A stretch of DNA of 64,000 nt, from positions 25,420,001-25,484,000 of the forward strand of contig NC_043021.1 of the NCBI RefSeq assembly GCF_006345805.1, written 5' to 3'. This document shows, in pieces, positions 13,701 to 25,186 of the stretch. The position numbers and the translations under genes were made by a program. The DNA is from Octopus sinensis. Lineage: Eukaryota. The notes under the pieces are model-generated. The model worked only from the letters and a program-made list of their open reading frames with translations. It did not search any database and had not been told where the DNA came from. How positions within the stretch are numbered: the stretch's first letter is position 1; every line of letters starts with the position of its first letter.

Positions 13701-16700
13701 GGCCTGGAGCTATAATAGAAGACCGAATGTCATATCAAGTGCTTGGGAGGCAGATTTAACCACACGACCATGCTTGCATTTTCATATATACATATATATA
13801 TATATGTATGTGTGAAAACTTGGTAATGTAATAATTTGTGGGTAGAAGGACTTAGAATTGCATTTTCAGGTGATATTTGTAACTTACCTTTCATCGGGGG
13901 TCAGTTCATCATTAGCATCCACCAAGTCTTCAGATTCCTTAAACTTCTTAGCACTAGGCTCATCATTGGTTAATCCTGTAAAACCAACAGGGATAAGTTG
14001 AATCAAATTGAACGGAAGAGAAACACTTTCATAGCAGTTAATTCTAATCTTTTTAAAAGACTTTGCTGTGTGGTGAAGAAGTTTGCTTCAGAACCATGTG
14101 TTCCTAAGTTCAATCCCATTGTGTGGCATCTTGAAAGGATGAAAGACAAAGGTGACTTTGGGAAGATTTCGACTCAGAAAGAAAAGAGCCAAAAGAAATG
14201 TTGCTAAGCATTCTTCCAGAAGGGCCAAGGATTCTGTCAACTGAAAGCCTTGATGATGATGACAATGATGATCCTTTCTACTCTAGGCACAAGGCCTGAA
14301 ATTATGAGGAGAGGGGCTAGTTGATTACATTAACCCCCAGTGCTCGACTGGTACTTATTGACCCAGGAATGTAAAGCCAGGAGAAAAGCTGCTCAGCACT
14401 TTGTCTGGCATGCCTTAATAATAATAATAATAATAATAATAATCATTATCATCATCGTTTAACGTCCGCTTTCCATGCTGGTATGGGTTGGACGGTTTGA
14501 CTGAGGACTTGCGGCTCCAGTCTGATCTGGCAGAGTTTCTACAGCTGGATGCCCTTCCTAACGCCAACCATCATCATCAGGAATTGCAATACACCATAAT
14601 CATCCTTTATAGTCATCCAAGGGAAGCAATGAAAATATGAACAAACAATTCACAAATACAACAACAAACAAAATAAAAGTTTCCTTTAATTTCATTTAAC
14701 CCATTAGCACTCAGATTACTCTTATTTATTTACATTGCCTCAAATCAGTCAATGATGTGATTGTGTATTCTTTGAATGACATTGTAGGGTCGGTGTAAGA
14801 GGCCAGATCTGACCTGTACAATATTTGGGGCATTTATGGCCGGTTTCAATGGTAAAGAGTTAACGTCCCTTAAAAAGTTCTCTCTTATATTTCTGAACGA
14901 ATAAGCCTTTACCACTAAATCATGCAATAACTTGATGCAAGCAAGAGCAATGGCATACGAGCAAAGCACAGCACACAAGTTCAATTCCTAACCAAGTAAC
15001 AAGAAGAATCATACTTTGATGATAATAATGAAAAATTGAAGCAACTAAATTGGGAAACATTAGAACTTACCAAAAGATTTTCGCTTTAAAACCAAAGGAT
15101 CAGCAGTTGGATGGGATTTCTGAAAAAGGGAAAAAAAAATGGTAATAGATAATGCTTTAAAGATGAAATATTTCTATTTTCTATATACATAGCACACCCC
15201 CTATCTCCTATTGTTCCTCTCAGTAGAGCAGAGTTGTTTAGTCGAGAGAGTAACAAGGTGATGTCACTGAACAAGGTGGTGTCATGAAGGCAAAAAAGAA
15301 AAACCATCCAGTATCATCATCATCATCATCGTTTAACGTCCGCTTTCCATGCTGGCATGGGTTGGACGATTTTGACTGAGGGCTGGCGAACCAGATGGCT
15401 GCACCAGGCTCCAATCTTGATTTGGCAGAGTTTTACCATCAATCTTCAATTAACGGCTTCCTTCCATGCTGGCAAGGGTTGCATGGTTTGGCAAGATCAG
15501 GCAAGTCAGAAGACAGTGCTGTCTGCTTTGGCATGATTTCTATGGCTGGATGCCCTTCCTAAAACCAACCACTTTACATTGTGCACTGGGTGCCTTTTAC
15601 GTGGCACCAGAACAAAAGTGTCATCAAGTAACTTGCAAGACAAACACCCCACCACCAACCAGAAGCGGGTATTGATGGAGTTGGTTTTGTGCCGGTTGAT
15701 GAGAGATATGTCAGGATACCCCAACAAGATACAGGGGGGTGGGGGGTCCCCCTCTAACCCATTGGATTCTGTTCAACCCACAACCCATGCCAGCATGGAA
15801 AGTGGATCAAAAGTAATGATGATGATGATGACATACATGTATAATACAAACAAACACATCTACTTAACCGTGATGAAAGGAGGAGTGTAAAATTTTAACT
15901 TCCAAAGATCAAGAGAAAACATGGAAAAGCCGAAGTTAAAACAATGATGAGAGAAGGCAATTCATAATTTACTTTAGACACCAAGAAACAAGAAGTCTGA
16001 TAAAGAGACCCTAACAAGGCTAACGACAGTGCATTACAAGAGACATCAAGCGTATAAGTAAACTTCCTCTATTGAATTTGCTAGGCCTGCTTTATTTAAC
16101 GGAGAATGAGGATGATTGAAGTGGATACCCAGACAAAAGATGAATGGTTTGTCACAAGCACTTAATTCTTATTTCCTTATTGCCCACAAGGGGCTAAACA
16201 TAGAGGAGACAAACAAGGATGGACAAACGGATTAAGTCGATTACATGGACCCCAGTGCATCACTGGTACTTAATTTATCGACCCCGAAAAGATGAAAGGC
16301 AAAGTCAACATCGGCAGAATTTGAACTCAGAATGTAACGACAGACAAAATACCGCTAAGCATTTCGCCCAGCGTGCTAACGATTCTGCCAGCTTGCCACC
16401 TAGCACTTAATTCTGTCACCACAAAACCAAACATTTGATTTTCAATGGCCAAATGTCTCTACTTCTCAAAACAAGTGAACCAACCTTAGCAGTGACATCA
16501 TGTCCTTTCCATTGGAATCGATTCAAAATGTTCAAAGCTTTCTCACGTGCTTCTTCATCCCTATAAATAGAGAAAAAAAAAAGAACAAAAGTATGAACTG
16601 CAGCATATTCATAAATGGAATCGTCCATTTTAACCTTGTGTCATTCTTATTTCTGAACCCTCACCTTCTTAAAGGTACCCTTCCCAATAAACTTCCTTGT

Positions 16701-19700
16701 TTTACCTTAGCACTGGCAATTCACAAGACATTTTTTTTCTTTTTATATCAGCCCATTTGTCTTTCTTGTCAACCTGTTTTTGCCAGGCCCCTTTTGCAGT
16801 TCATTACTTGTCAATCTTAGACATAAATCAACACTAAACACCTACTAGAGCACATCCAACACACCCTTTCCTCTTCTCATACCAAGTCACATCATTACTC
16901 CCACAGTTTTACCCATTCCACGAAGAGAGAGAAAACTATTACGGCCAATACGGTTCCATGAATTTTAGTTCATACTTTACTTATTCATACACTTTGACTA
17001 TTAACTACTTCTAACAATTACATCAACTGTACTGGCCGCTTCCTTCATCCTTTCACTTCTCATCTCCTTGCATAAAACTACCTTCCTCAAGCCCCACTAA
17101 ACTGAAAGGGATTTTAGTCTCTTACATGGTGACCCTACTAATACTGATGCCATAAAAAAAACAACCAGCCCTTTCTGTAAAATGGTTGGCATAAGGAACA
17201 GCATCAAACCATAGAAATCATACCAAAGCAAGCACTGGAAGTCAATGCAGTGCTTCGGCCGTTTGGAAACTGTTAAATGGTTCAACCCATTGCAGCAGAG
17301 AAGATGGATGTTTACAAGATAAAGACGATGACACAATCGTTATTTCTGTTAACGCTTCTGGTACTAACCCACCCACCTGCTTTAAAGTGATCCATATTAC
17401 AATTTTTCATTAAAAATTTCATGTTAACTTGTTCCAAACACCAGCTTAATAACGAAAAAAAATCCTTTTATCAAACTTTGACAACTGGTGCTGGTTTGTT
17501 TACATCCCCTAATGTAGCAGTTTGGCAAAAGAGATTGTTAGAAAAACTATCAGCCTTAAAAAAAATAAGGTTGATTTGTTGGATTAAACTCTTCAAGACT
17601 GTGCTCCAGTATGGCCAGTGTAATGACTGAAACAAGGAAAACACAAAAACTTAACATAAACACACACACACACACCATGACGAGAGAGGTGGGGGTTGAG
17701 GTAAGGTAACAGGACATAAATTAAGATGCAAACGAGAAATGAAAGGAGATGAAAAACAAGAGAGAAAACATCTTTACCTGAACGTGACGAAAGCAAAACC
17801 TTTGTGTGGGAAACCTTTCACTTTGATTGGGTTCAGGTCAAGGTTGACCAGCTTCCTTTTCAGTTCCTGGGGAGAAAAAAAAAAAAAAAGAAAACAGAAA
17901 AAAATAAACAATACAGATAAATAGAAATTGAAAATGTTCATTGTTTAACGGACTTTACACTCACACACCACCACCACCACTATCACAATCACTGTTTTAA
18001 AGAAACCCACTTTTCCCAGCTTGTATAGGATCAGGTGGAATTTGCTGAGGTAGATTTTCCATGACCAGATGCTCTTCATGTCTGGATATGTTTCCAAGGA
18101 AGAGGAGAAATAAATAACATTGCTCTTGTGAAACTCATTTACGTTTATTATTTAATCAAAGCAAGGACACACACACACACACACATGTGCCTGGCTCCTC
18201 TGATGAAGATATTGTGACTTTGCTATGTCAATCTACCAAAATTTGTATTCGTTGACATGTTGCCTTTGTTTATGTATATATATATATATATATATATATA
18301 CCTACAATACTAACTTAATATTAGACTTCCTTGCATAATATACATGGTTATATCAACCAGTCATCGATTATCCAAAACAGCTGTAAAGATAGGACTTGTA
18401 TGCACCTCTTCCTATAAATACATTCTTCACTGCCTTTCTACTTGTATATATACTGTATGTGTGTATGTATATATCTATCTATCTATCTAGCCATCACCAT
18501 CACCATCATCCAAAGCCCATATTCCATGCTGGCAAAGATTGAATGGTGTGACCGGATTTGATGGATCCAAGAACTGCATCATGGTTGAGTGTCTGCTTTG
18601 GCAAGATTTCTGCAGCTGGATGCCCTTCCTAATGTCAACCATTTTACAGAGTGTACCGGGTGCTTTTCTCATACCATCAGCATTATATATGTATGCATGT
18701 AGTACATGGGATTCCTTCATTCCCCATGTACCAATTCCATTCACAAGGCTATAATAGGAGAGACTTGTCTCAGATGCCACATGGTGGCATTGAACCTAAA
18801 ACCATGCAGCTGGGAAACAAGCTTCTTAACCACACAGCCACCTTATCCCTATCCTTGCCTGCACATAATTAAGCAGAGATAATTGCAAGTAACCTAAAAA
18901 AAAAACCTCATCAAAGAAGTATGTAGTCTAGGAACACCAAATAAGGACAAGTAATTAGGTGCAGAGATAATTGCTTGTAGACTCAAAAAGCAGTTTGCAA
19001 ACAGTAGAGAGAAACGGTAAGGTAAAGAAAATGGATTGGACTAACGAGATCAAATTATTATTGCCAGTAACGACTAGATTTTAGACCACACAAATATAGA
19101 CTCATAAAAAGATGGCAAGAGATACATTGTTATGGAAACATGCCTGATCCATGCAAGGGGAAAATGGTTACATTGATGGTGATGACGACGATGATGATGA
19201 CAGTGGTGACTGATTGCATACAAAGCAGTTGCACATCTTAATTAAGACCAGCAAAAATCTTAGCAAGAAAGAGAAAATACAGATTTATATCTTTTATTTG
19301 TTTCAACTCATTGGACTGTGGCCATGCTGGGGCTTTACCTTCAAAGACTTTAATCAAACAAATTGACCCTCATTACAGTCTGGTACTTGTTATGGGGATA
19401 CAAACAAACCAATACTGGTTGTCAAGACGTGGACGGGTGGTGGAGGAACAGACATACACACAGTGGGCTTCCACACAGTTTCTGCCGATCAAATTTATTC
19501 ACAAGGCATTGGTGAGCCCAAGGCTATATAGTAGGAGACATTTGCCTGAGGTGCCATGCAGTAGAATTGAACCCAAGACCACACAGAGACGCCAGAAAAG
19601 CAAGCTCCTCTTAGCAAATAAAAAAGGCATTTTACATTTATTCTATGAAATCCCGTCCCTTAGGGCTCAGCAAGAGTGTGTCTTCCTTAAAAGCCACCAG

Positions 19701-20780
19701 ACTTCCCAGCCCCACATGAGACCCCTTTCAGCACTCAAACACAACAACAACAGTGCTTTAACTCTTTTGTTGTTACCATATTTCTCTTGAACTACTTTGC
19801 TTCTGCTTTCAATTAATTCTGAAAATAACGACAAACTTAAGAAAATATATTTGTCATTATTAAGACAGTGTTTGCAACAAATTAACACAATTAATTTAAA
19901 TCACTTTGAAACAAGAAGCTTGCATCATTAAAACCAGCAGAGGTAGTCTTAGGCAAGTTGGTATTAAAAGGGTTAATTACGAGAAAAGGAGAGAAAAAAT
20001 TAACAGGTGCAAATGTGACTGTGTGGTAAGAAGCTTGCTTCCCAACCACATGGTTCTAGGTTCAGTCCCACAAAGTGGCACCTTAGGCAAGTGTCTTCTT
20101 TAACCTCAGGCTGACCTAAGCCTTGTGAGTGTATTTGGTACATGGAAACTAAAAGTTCATCATATATATATATGTGGATGTATGTATGTCTCTGTGCCCT
20201 AACCACGACCACCACCACTTGACAACTGGTGTTGGTGTGTTTACGTCGCCATAACTTAGCAGTTCACCAATAGAAACTGATAAAATAAGTACCAGGCTTA
20301 AAAATGAAAAACCCCAAAAACTCTTCAGGGCGGTGCTCCATCATGGCCACGGTCTAATGATTGAAGCAAAATAGAAAGGAGAAGATAAAGGAAAACCTGA
20401 CTCACAGAGAAACCAAACCTTGGTAAGTTTTGTATTTCTATCTTGAAAATCTCAGAAGTGAACTCATCTCTTTTGATGTAGGAATATTCATCCTGAATCA
20501 CAGAAGTCTTCTTAGAATTTACATGTTGGTCACATTTGGGACTTTCTGTAGGTTTTGACTCTTCATCTGTCATTGGAACATCAGGGGATATTGTACATTC
20601 TGCAACCGTGGAGTCTTCATTGTCTGCTAATTTTTCTTCACATGCTACCAATTCGTTACCATTTTTGATACGTTCCACACCAGTTTCAGTCGTTAAAGAA
20701 CCGTCATGGCTATTTCCCACTGAACTTCCAACACTACCAATGGCATCGTTATTGGCTTCTTTTTCTGCACTCACTTCCAT
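763..20780 (-). CDS. TRMT2A: tRNA (uracil-5-)-methyltransferase homolog A; 15 coding exons in window (511 codons), C-terminus continues beyond left edge
   Basis: Exons joined in phase with GT-AG: 20406-20780, 17778-17866, 16485-16560, 15071-15119, 13888-13975, 12993-13047, 11437-11531, 10063-10111, 8489-8552, 6662-6768, 6135-6281, 5056-5159, 3546-3597, 1871-1931, 763-884. Motifs: FTSEIFKIEIQNLP, RRM (GFAFVTFRDEEAREKALNILN), YEEQL, GYRNKSEFTIG, GYWRQLTVR, FQISPDAFFQIN, SAM motif I LDICCGTGTIG. Confidence 0.95.
1871..1931 (-). CDS. TRMT2A: TRMT2A exon
   Basis: WITENLLGLNFQISPDAFFQ(I), containing the conserved FFQ motif. Confidence 0.93.
3546..3597 (-). CDS. TRMT2A: TRMT2A exon
   Basis: QSSCRQAANYEHLMGNE; tttgcag acceptor, gtcagc donor; phase fits both neighbours. 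Confidence 0.85.
4000..4290 (+). mobile_element. tRNA-headed SINE
   Basis: A/B-box-like head (GAGTTCAATTCC), TTGAGCAAGACACTT core and (TTTACCC)-like tail. Confidence 0.55.
5056..5159 (-). CDS. TRMT2A: TRMT2A exon
   Basis: EEIQAEKEALKEFFSEGEGKVCGVTSLFFNCVTK(K). Confidence 0.92.
6135..6281 (-). CDS. TRMT2A: TRMT2A exon
   Basis: VFQEYVRQSKYSVYDAQTHEGYWRQLTVRTSSRGDVMAIIEFHSVELSD. Confidence 0.93.
6530..6650. repeat. (GA)n/(GAGT)n microsatellite
   Basis: Read directly from the sequence. Confidence 0.95.
6662..6768 (-). CDS. TRMT2A: TRMT2A exon
   Basis: (E)KIVGFRLGSYRDGSSAVGEPSLCAILPEAMKKVAK. Confidence 0.93.
6820..6880. repeat. (GT)n/(CA)n microsatellite
   Basis: Read directly from the sequence. 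Confidence 0.95.
6885..7260 (-). mobile_element. tRNA-derived SINE, near full length (dozens of related copies in the window)
   Basis: Minus strand GGCTGTGTGGTAAGAAGCTTGCTTCCCAACCACATGGTTCCAGGTTCGG...GGCACCTTGGGCAAG...GGTGCTCCAGCATGGCTGCAGTC..TGACTGAAAC; similar text at 20005, 20925, 57215, 62040 and elsewhere. Confidence 0.8.
8489..8552 (-). CDS. TRMT2A: TRMT2A exon
   Basis: PLLTGYRNKSEFTIGTNHEGS, containing the conserved YRNK motif. Confidence 0.93.
8671..9505 (+). mobile_element. Internally deleted mariner element with a nested LINE 3'-end insertion (9181-9435)
   Basis: TA-flanked TIRs CAAGGGG..ACCC / GGGTACCCCTTG. Transposase remnants KVAAKFVPCLLMEDQKQSRLNAC (WVPHEL-type motif) and C-terminal GEYFEGD. 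Confidence 0.8.
9726..9941. mobile_element. 216-bp MITE with ~40-bp TIRs and a 4-bp TSD (ACAG); Sola2-like termini
   Basis: ACAG|GAAGAGTGGACAATCCAACATTTTGGACACGGTCCTTCTT ... AAGAAGGACCGAGTCCAAAATGTTGCATTGTCCACTCCTC|ACAG. The superfamily assignment is inference. Confidence 0.75.
10063..10111 (-). CDS. TRMT2A: TRMT2A exon
   Basis: RLYSDSICEILAIQPS; ttacag acceptor, gtaagt donor. Confidence 0.87.
11437..11531 (-). CDS. TRMT2A: TRMT2A exon
   Basis: RKFDDIKNVMKRWTKELLQNCPDLKTWIYEQ(K); ttgcag acceptor, gtaaat donor. Confidence 0.87.
12993..13047 (-). CDS. TRMT2A: TRMT2A exon
   Basis: VRKAVMPLYDLTYEEQLK, containing the conserved YEEQL motif. Confidence 0.92.
13888..13975 (-). CDS. TRMT2A: TRMT2A exon
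   Basis: (G)LTNDEPSAKKFKESEDLVDANDELTPDE(R); tacag acceptor, gtaagt donor. Confidence 0.85.
15071..15119 (-). CDS. TRMT2A: TRMT2A exon
   Basis: KSHPTADPLVLKRKSF(G); ttttcag acceptor, gtaagt donor. Confidence 0.88.
16165..16402 (-). mobile_element. Second SINE family (tRNA head plus GACTTTGCCTTTCATCTTTTCGGGGTCGATAAATTAAGTACCAG domain)
   Basis: Well-preserved copy; degenerate copies at ~2020-2180, 3270-3470, 48580-49120, 50690-51270 and 54030-54240. Confidence 0.75.
16485..16560 (-). CDS. TRMT2A: TRMT2A exon (RRM)
   Basis: DEEAREKALNILNRFQWKGHDVTAK; phase matches neighbours. Confidence 0.92.
17778..17866 (-). CDS. TRMT2A: TRMT2A exon (RRM)
   Basis: ELKRKLVNLDLNPIKVKGFPHKGFAFVTF(R); ccccag acceptor, gtaaag donor. 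Confidence 0.92.
20005..20385 (+). mobile_element. tRNA-derived SINE next to a TRMT2A exon donor
   Basis: Same family as 6885-7260, opposite orientation. Confidence 0.75.
20406..20780 (-). CDS. TRMT2A: TRMT2A first coding exon (acidic N-terminus and start of RRM)
   Basis: MEVSAEKEAN...YSYIKRDEFTSEIFKIEIQNLPRFGFS, then gtgagt donor. Acceptor at 20847-20848 with an in-frame TAA between acceptor and ATG, so a non-coding exon lies upstream. Confidence 0.92.
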
Positions 20781-21409
20781 CGTGTCATCAATATTCAGAT
20801 CACAGCCTGACTTTTTGGTCTCTTTTTAGTAATTTCGTTTTTGATTCTAAAAAGAAAGAAAAAAAAAACTAAAGGTAAACAAAATAACAAAACATTGAGA
20901 GAAAAACATAAAAGTTAGGCACAATCATGGCTGTGTGGTTAAGAAGTTTGCTTTCCAACCACATGGTTCCGGGTTCAGTCCCATCATGTGGCATCTTAGG
21001 TAAGTATTTTCCACTATAACCCCAGGCCAACCAATGCCAGAGGAAACTGAGGAAGCCCACAGCATCTACATATACGAGTGGGGTTGTTGTTTGTCCCCAC
21101 TCCTTGATAACCGAGGAGAGTTTCTTTACAGCCGCAAAATCCAATGGCTTTGGGCAAAGAGACCAACAGAAGTTACCAGACTTTAGAAATCAGCGAATGG
21201 GGTTAATTTGTTCAACCAAACCTTTGTCTGAGTTGAATCTCAATTTTCCCTTTCACTTCTTCAAAGGAGGTTCAAACACACGCACCCACATATTGATGGT
21301 TGTGCTTGTTTGTTTATTCTGCTCACACATGAACATGTTCATTGGAGAACTATGGGCATATATTTATGCACAAACACACACAGATAGATAGACCGATCGA
21401 TCGATACCT

Positions 21410-23490
21410 CAATGACAGAAGACAATGATGTTCTCATCGAGGCAGGGAACTTCAATGACCATGTTGGAAAACATGGTTTTCATGGCATGCATGAAGGCTA
21501 CAGATTTTGTTCTAGAAATGAGGAGGGAACAAATATGCTGGAGTTCTGTGATGCAAGTGATTTAATGGTTTGCAACACTCAACTTCAGGAAACCTGCCAG
21601 CCACCTAATCCTTTCTCAGTCTGGTGGGCACACTAGCCAGATAAACTACATCCTCATCAGGACAGGCGTATGCTCGTGAATGTAAAGTCTCTCCCATGTG
21701 AAGAATGTACAACTCAGCATAGGTTAGGGGTTAGCGACTTTGGACTTAAGGGTAGAAGGAGGCCGAGACACAAACCAATATAGAAAAGGAGGTTATGGAA
21801 GCTCAAGGATCCTTCGAAAAGGCAGAGATTTAGAGATGTCCTTGATGAAGCTTTTGATGAGAAGGAGGTAAGGATGGAGACATATGACATAGAGGACAAC
21901 TGGAAGTTCTTGTGGGACAATCAAATGGGGGGCAACTAAGCATATCTGTGGTTGGAGCAAAGTTTTCTCCAGACCAAGGGTGACATGGTGGTGGGACAGT
22001 GAGGTCAATAGGACTATAAAAGAGAAGAGATGGGCTTGGAAAAAGTGGAAGGGTTGGCGAAGCAAAGAACCATATCATATGAGATAGCTAAAAGAGAAGC
22101 TAGGTGTCAGGTATATCTAACAAGGGCAGCAGCCAAAAGGAAGAGGTTTGCCAATGTCTTACAGCATGAAGATCAGAGACTCGAGGAATCAAGATGGTGT
22201 GAAAGAGAGAAGTGTGTACGGACAGATAATGGTACGGTTGCTCTTAGCGATCCTGAAAAGAAAGAAACCTGGAAGAGATACTATGAAAGACTTAAATGTA
22301 GAAAATGAATGGGAGAAAGAGAGTCTTGTGCATGTGAACCCAACAGAGGGACCAGCTATCCTAGTAGATAGCAGCATGATAGATGAGACAAAGATATGAA
22401 AACAGGGAAGGCCCCTTGTCCATCAGGTGTCACTGCTGAGATGATTAAGATATCTGGTAGAGTTGGATAGTCACTCAGATTATTCAGGGAGAATCCCTAG
22501 TGACTGATGCAGCAGCATCATAATCAGCTGCCACAAGGGCAAGGGAGATGCCTTGGCTAGAATTATAGGGGCATCAAATTGCTGGACCAGGAGATGAAAG
22601 TTACAGAGAAAGTTATGGCCCAATTAATTAGGATGAGAATTAGACTAGATGGCTTTTTCCACAGAAAGAAGCATCACGGATATTATTTTCATAGTCAGAC
22701 AACTGCAAGAAAAGTATTTAGCAAAGAACAAGCTGTTGTACTTGGCATTTGTTCATCTAGAGAAAGCCTTCAACAGAGTGCCTTGGTCTGTGATATGGTG
22801 GTCACTGAGGAAGCTAGGGATAGACGAATGGCTTCTGAAAGTAGAACAGGAAATGTATGGAGGTTCTATTAGTAAGATAGAGTTAACAGCCATGAGTACA
22901 GTGATGAATATAGCATATATGTAGGCATTCACCAAAGCTCAGTCCTCAGCCCCCTCCTATTCATCATTATCCTCCAGGCTATAACAGAGAAATTTAAGAC
23001 TGGAGCTCCACGGGAACAACTATATGCTGATGATCACAGCAGAATCTGTAATAGAATTAGAAAAGAAATTCTAGATGTGGAAAAGGAAGCTGCAATGAAA
23101 GAGTCTTAAAGTAAACTTAGCGAAAACCAAGGTCCTGCTAAACAGAAATCAGACAGGACCCTTCACCCATCAGGTAAATGGCCCTGCTCGATATGTAGGA
23201 AGGGCGTCGGCAGAAATTCCATTTGGTGTACCCAGTGCAAGCTATGGATACACAAGAGGTGCAGTGGAATAAGAATAAGATGGAGAAAGTTCAGAGAGCT
23301 TTGACCTCTGTTGGCAACCAAAGGTCTCTCTCTCTCTGAGTGAAAGGAAGATTGTATGATGCACATGTATGGACAGCAATGCTACATGGTAGTGAGATGT
23401 GGGGCCTGAAAACAGAGAATATACGAAGACTAGAGAGGAGCACAGCTGCAATGCTCTGCTGGATGTGCAATGTCAGTGTGCATGAGTGAC
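21410..23490 (+). mobile_element. Degraded RTE-type LINE (endonuclease, reverse transcriptase and Cys-rich finger), many stops and frameshifts
   Basis: AGNFNDHVG (APE), TDIIFIVRQLQEKYLAKNKLLYLAFVHLEKAFNRVP, HQSSVLSPLLFII, LYADD, PCSICRKGVGRNSIWCTQCKLWIHKRCSGI. Confidence 0.9.
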
Positions 23491-23494
23491 AAAT

Positions 23495-24698
23495 GTACAG
23501 GTGCAGTTTGCATGTCAATAGTTAATGGGTTGTAAACACAGCTCAAAATTATTTTTCTGTATTTCAAAGCAGGAAAACTCTGAGAATTTTCCCCCAACTT
23601 AGCCACCACACCTCTGTATGATAAGGCTTGTCACCAAACTCTGAATCTATTTTCGGCAAATAAACACTGAAATTGGTGCGGATTAAAACCTTTGGCCCTA
23701 ATAAAGTTGATGGTTTGTGTGACAGTGCTCATTACATGTTCCATGTTTAGGACTTTACCACACAGCAATCCTTGGTGTATGATGCAGGGATATGCTATCA
23801 ACTCACCAGTATAGTCCTCCTGCATCGTTAACCACATCCTTCCTCCTCGTCCACTTTTTTTGCTGCACATCGCCATTATAAGTCCAACAAGTTTGCTCCA
23901 AGCCAGATTCACGTCAGTTATACTTTGACATATGTTGTCAAAAATGTCTTTTCCTGTCATTGTCTCATGAATGGATTTCATGTCCAATATTTCTTTTGTA
24001 ACATTTAAACTGGAGTCCACTCCATGGATGAAGATGGTGAGCTGTGTAGTGTCAGCCAATCATTACTTTCAACAACAAGAGAATATGCAACAAAATCTTT
24101 GTCCTTTTCAATCAGTGACCATCTCACAAACTCAATCAGCAATTGTATTTCTGCTAAGGCTTACATTTGCAAACATCTCCTTTTCGTCTGGACACAAGCC
24201 GTCACACAAAAACATCCGCTGTGATGTTAGGTTCCTCTTCAATTCTTCTGCCTTCATCATCATCATCATAATCGTTTAACGTCCGCTTTCCATGCTAGCA
24301 TGGGTTGAATGATTTGAATGAGGGCTGGCAAGCCTGATGGATGCATCAGGCTCCAATCTTGATCTGGCAGAGTTTCTACAGCTGGATGCCCTTCCTAACG
24401 CCAACCACTCCGAGAGTGTAGTGGGTGTGTTTTACGTGCCACCAGCACGGGGGCCAGTCAGGCGATACTGGCAATGACCTCGCTCAAATCTTTTTACACA
24501 TGCCAGTGAAGCGACGTTGGTAACGATCACGCTCGAATGGTGCTCTCGGCACCCTGTTCTGCAATTTGTCTTGATTAGTCTTGTAGTGCCTTCTTAGATT
24601 ATATTCCTTCATCACATTGCCAGGCCATTAAAAAATATTTGTCTAAAATTCTGTCGCGGGCCAGATGTGGCCTGCAAGCCTTGAGTTTGACACCTGTG
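23495..24698 (-). mobile_element. hAT (Charlie/SPIN/GTF2IRD2-like) transposon relic with LINE 3'-end insertion at ~24255-24545
   Basis: DTTQLTIFIHGVDSSLNVTKEILDM...TGKDIF...CIIHQGLLCGKVLNMEHVMSTVTQTINFIRAKG. Terminal CACAGGTGTCAAACTCAAGGC at 24698. Confidence 0.85.
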
Positions 24699-25186
24699 CT
24701 CGAGAGGGACGAAGTTTCAGCAATGTTTATATCCTTAGAGGACACACACACACGTGTGAAAGAGATAGCCCCCCCCCCGCCCACTAAATTCTTTTGTTTG
24801 ATACAGGATAATGGTAGATGTTTAAAGTGTTGCACATTGGGATCAAACCCAGAACTGTGTAGTCACATAGATAACATTTTAACTCTCCGGTTACTCTTAA
24901 CCTTATTTTTGTCATGGCTCCCTTAAGAACTCTGTTCAAGTTTCCAAGTCTCCCTGTGGAACTGAGTAAATTTCTTCACCTCATTTCCCCAACACAGACA
25001 GACAATCGGCGACTCAGTTCAAAAATATCGACGTCCGTCTCCTCGTAAATAAAGACTGAGTGTCTTATTCTTGGATTTATACATTTGTAACTTACTCAAC
25101 CCACCAGGGGTCCTGGAAGGATGAAAGACAAAACTGACCAGAATCATGGGAAGTGGAACTTAAAGATCAAAACTAAATACAATGCA

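Noticed and set aside
18195-18260. CTGATGA followed by a hairpin, a possible second hammerhead
   Set aside because: There is no GAAA box after the stem, so it is too degenerate to support.
19311-19790. 159-aa ORF
   Set aside because: It runs through a SINE copy on the antisense strand and shows no protein motifs.
20010-20085. tRNA-like sequences here and at many other positions
   Set aside because: They are SINE heads without a complete cloverleaf and are followed by SINE body sequence, so they are not tRNA genes.
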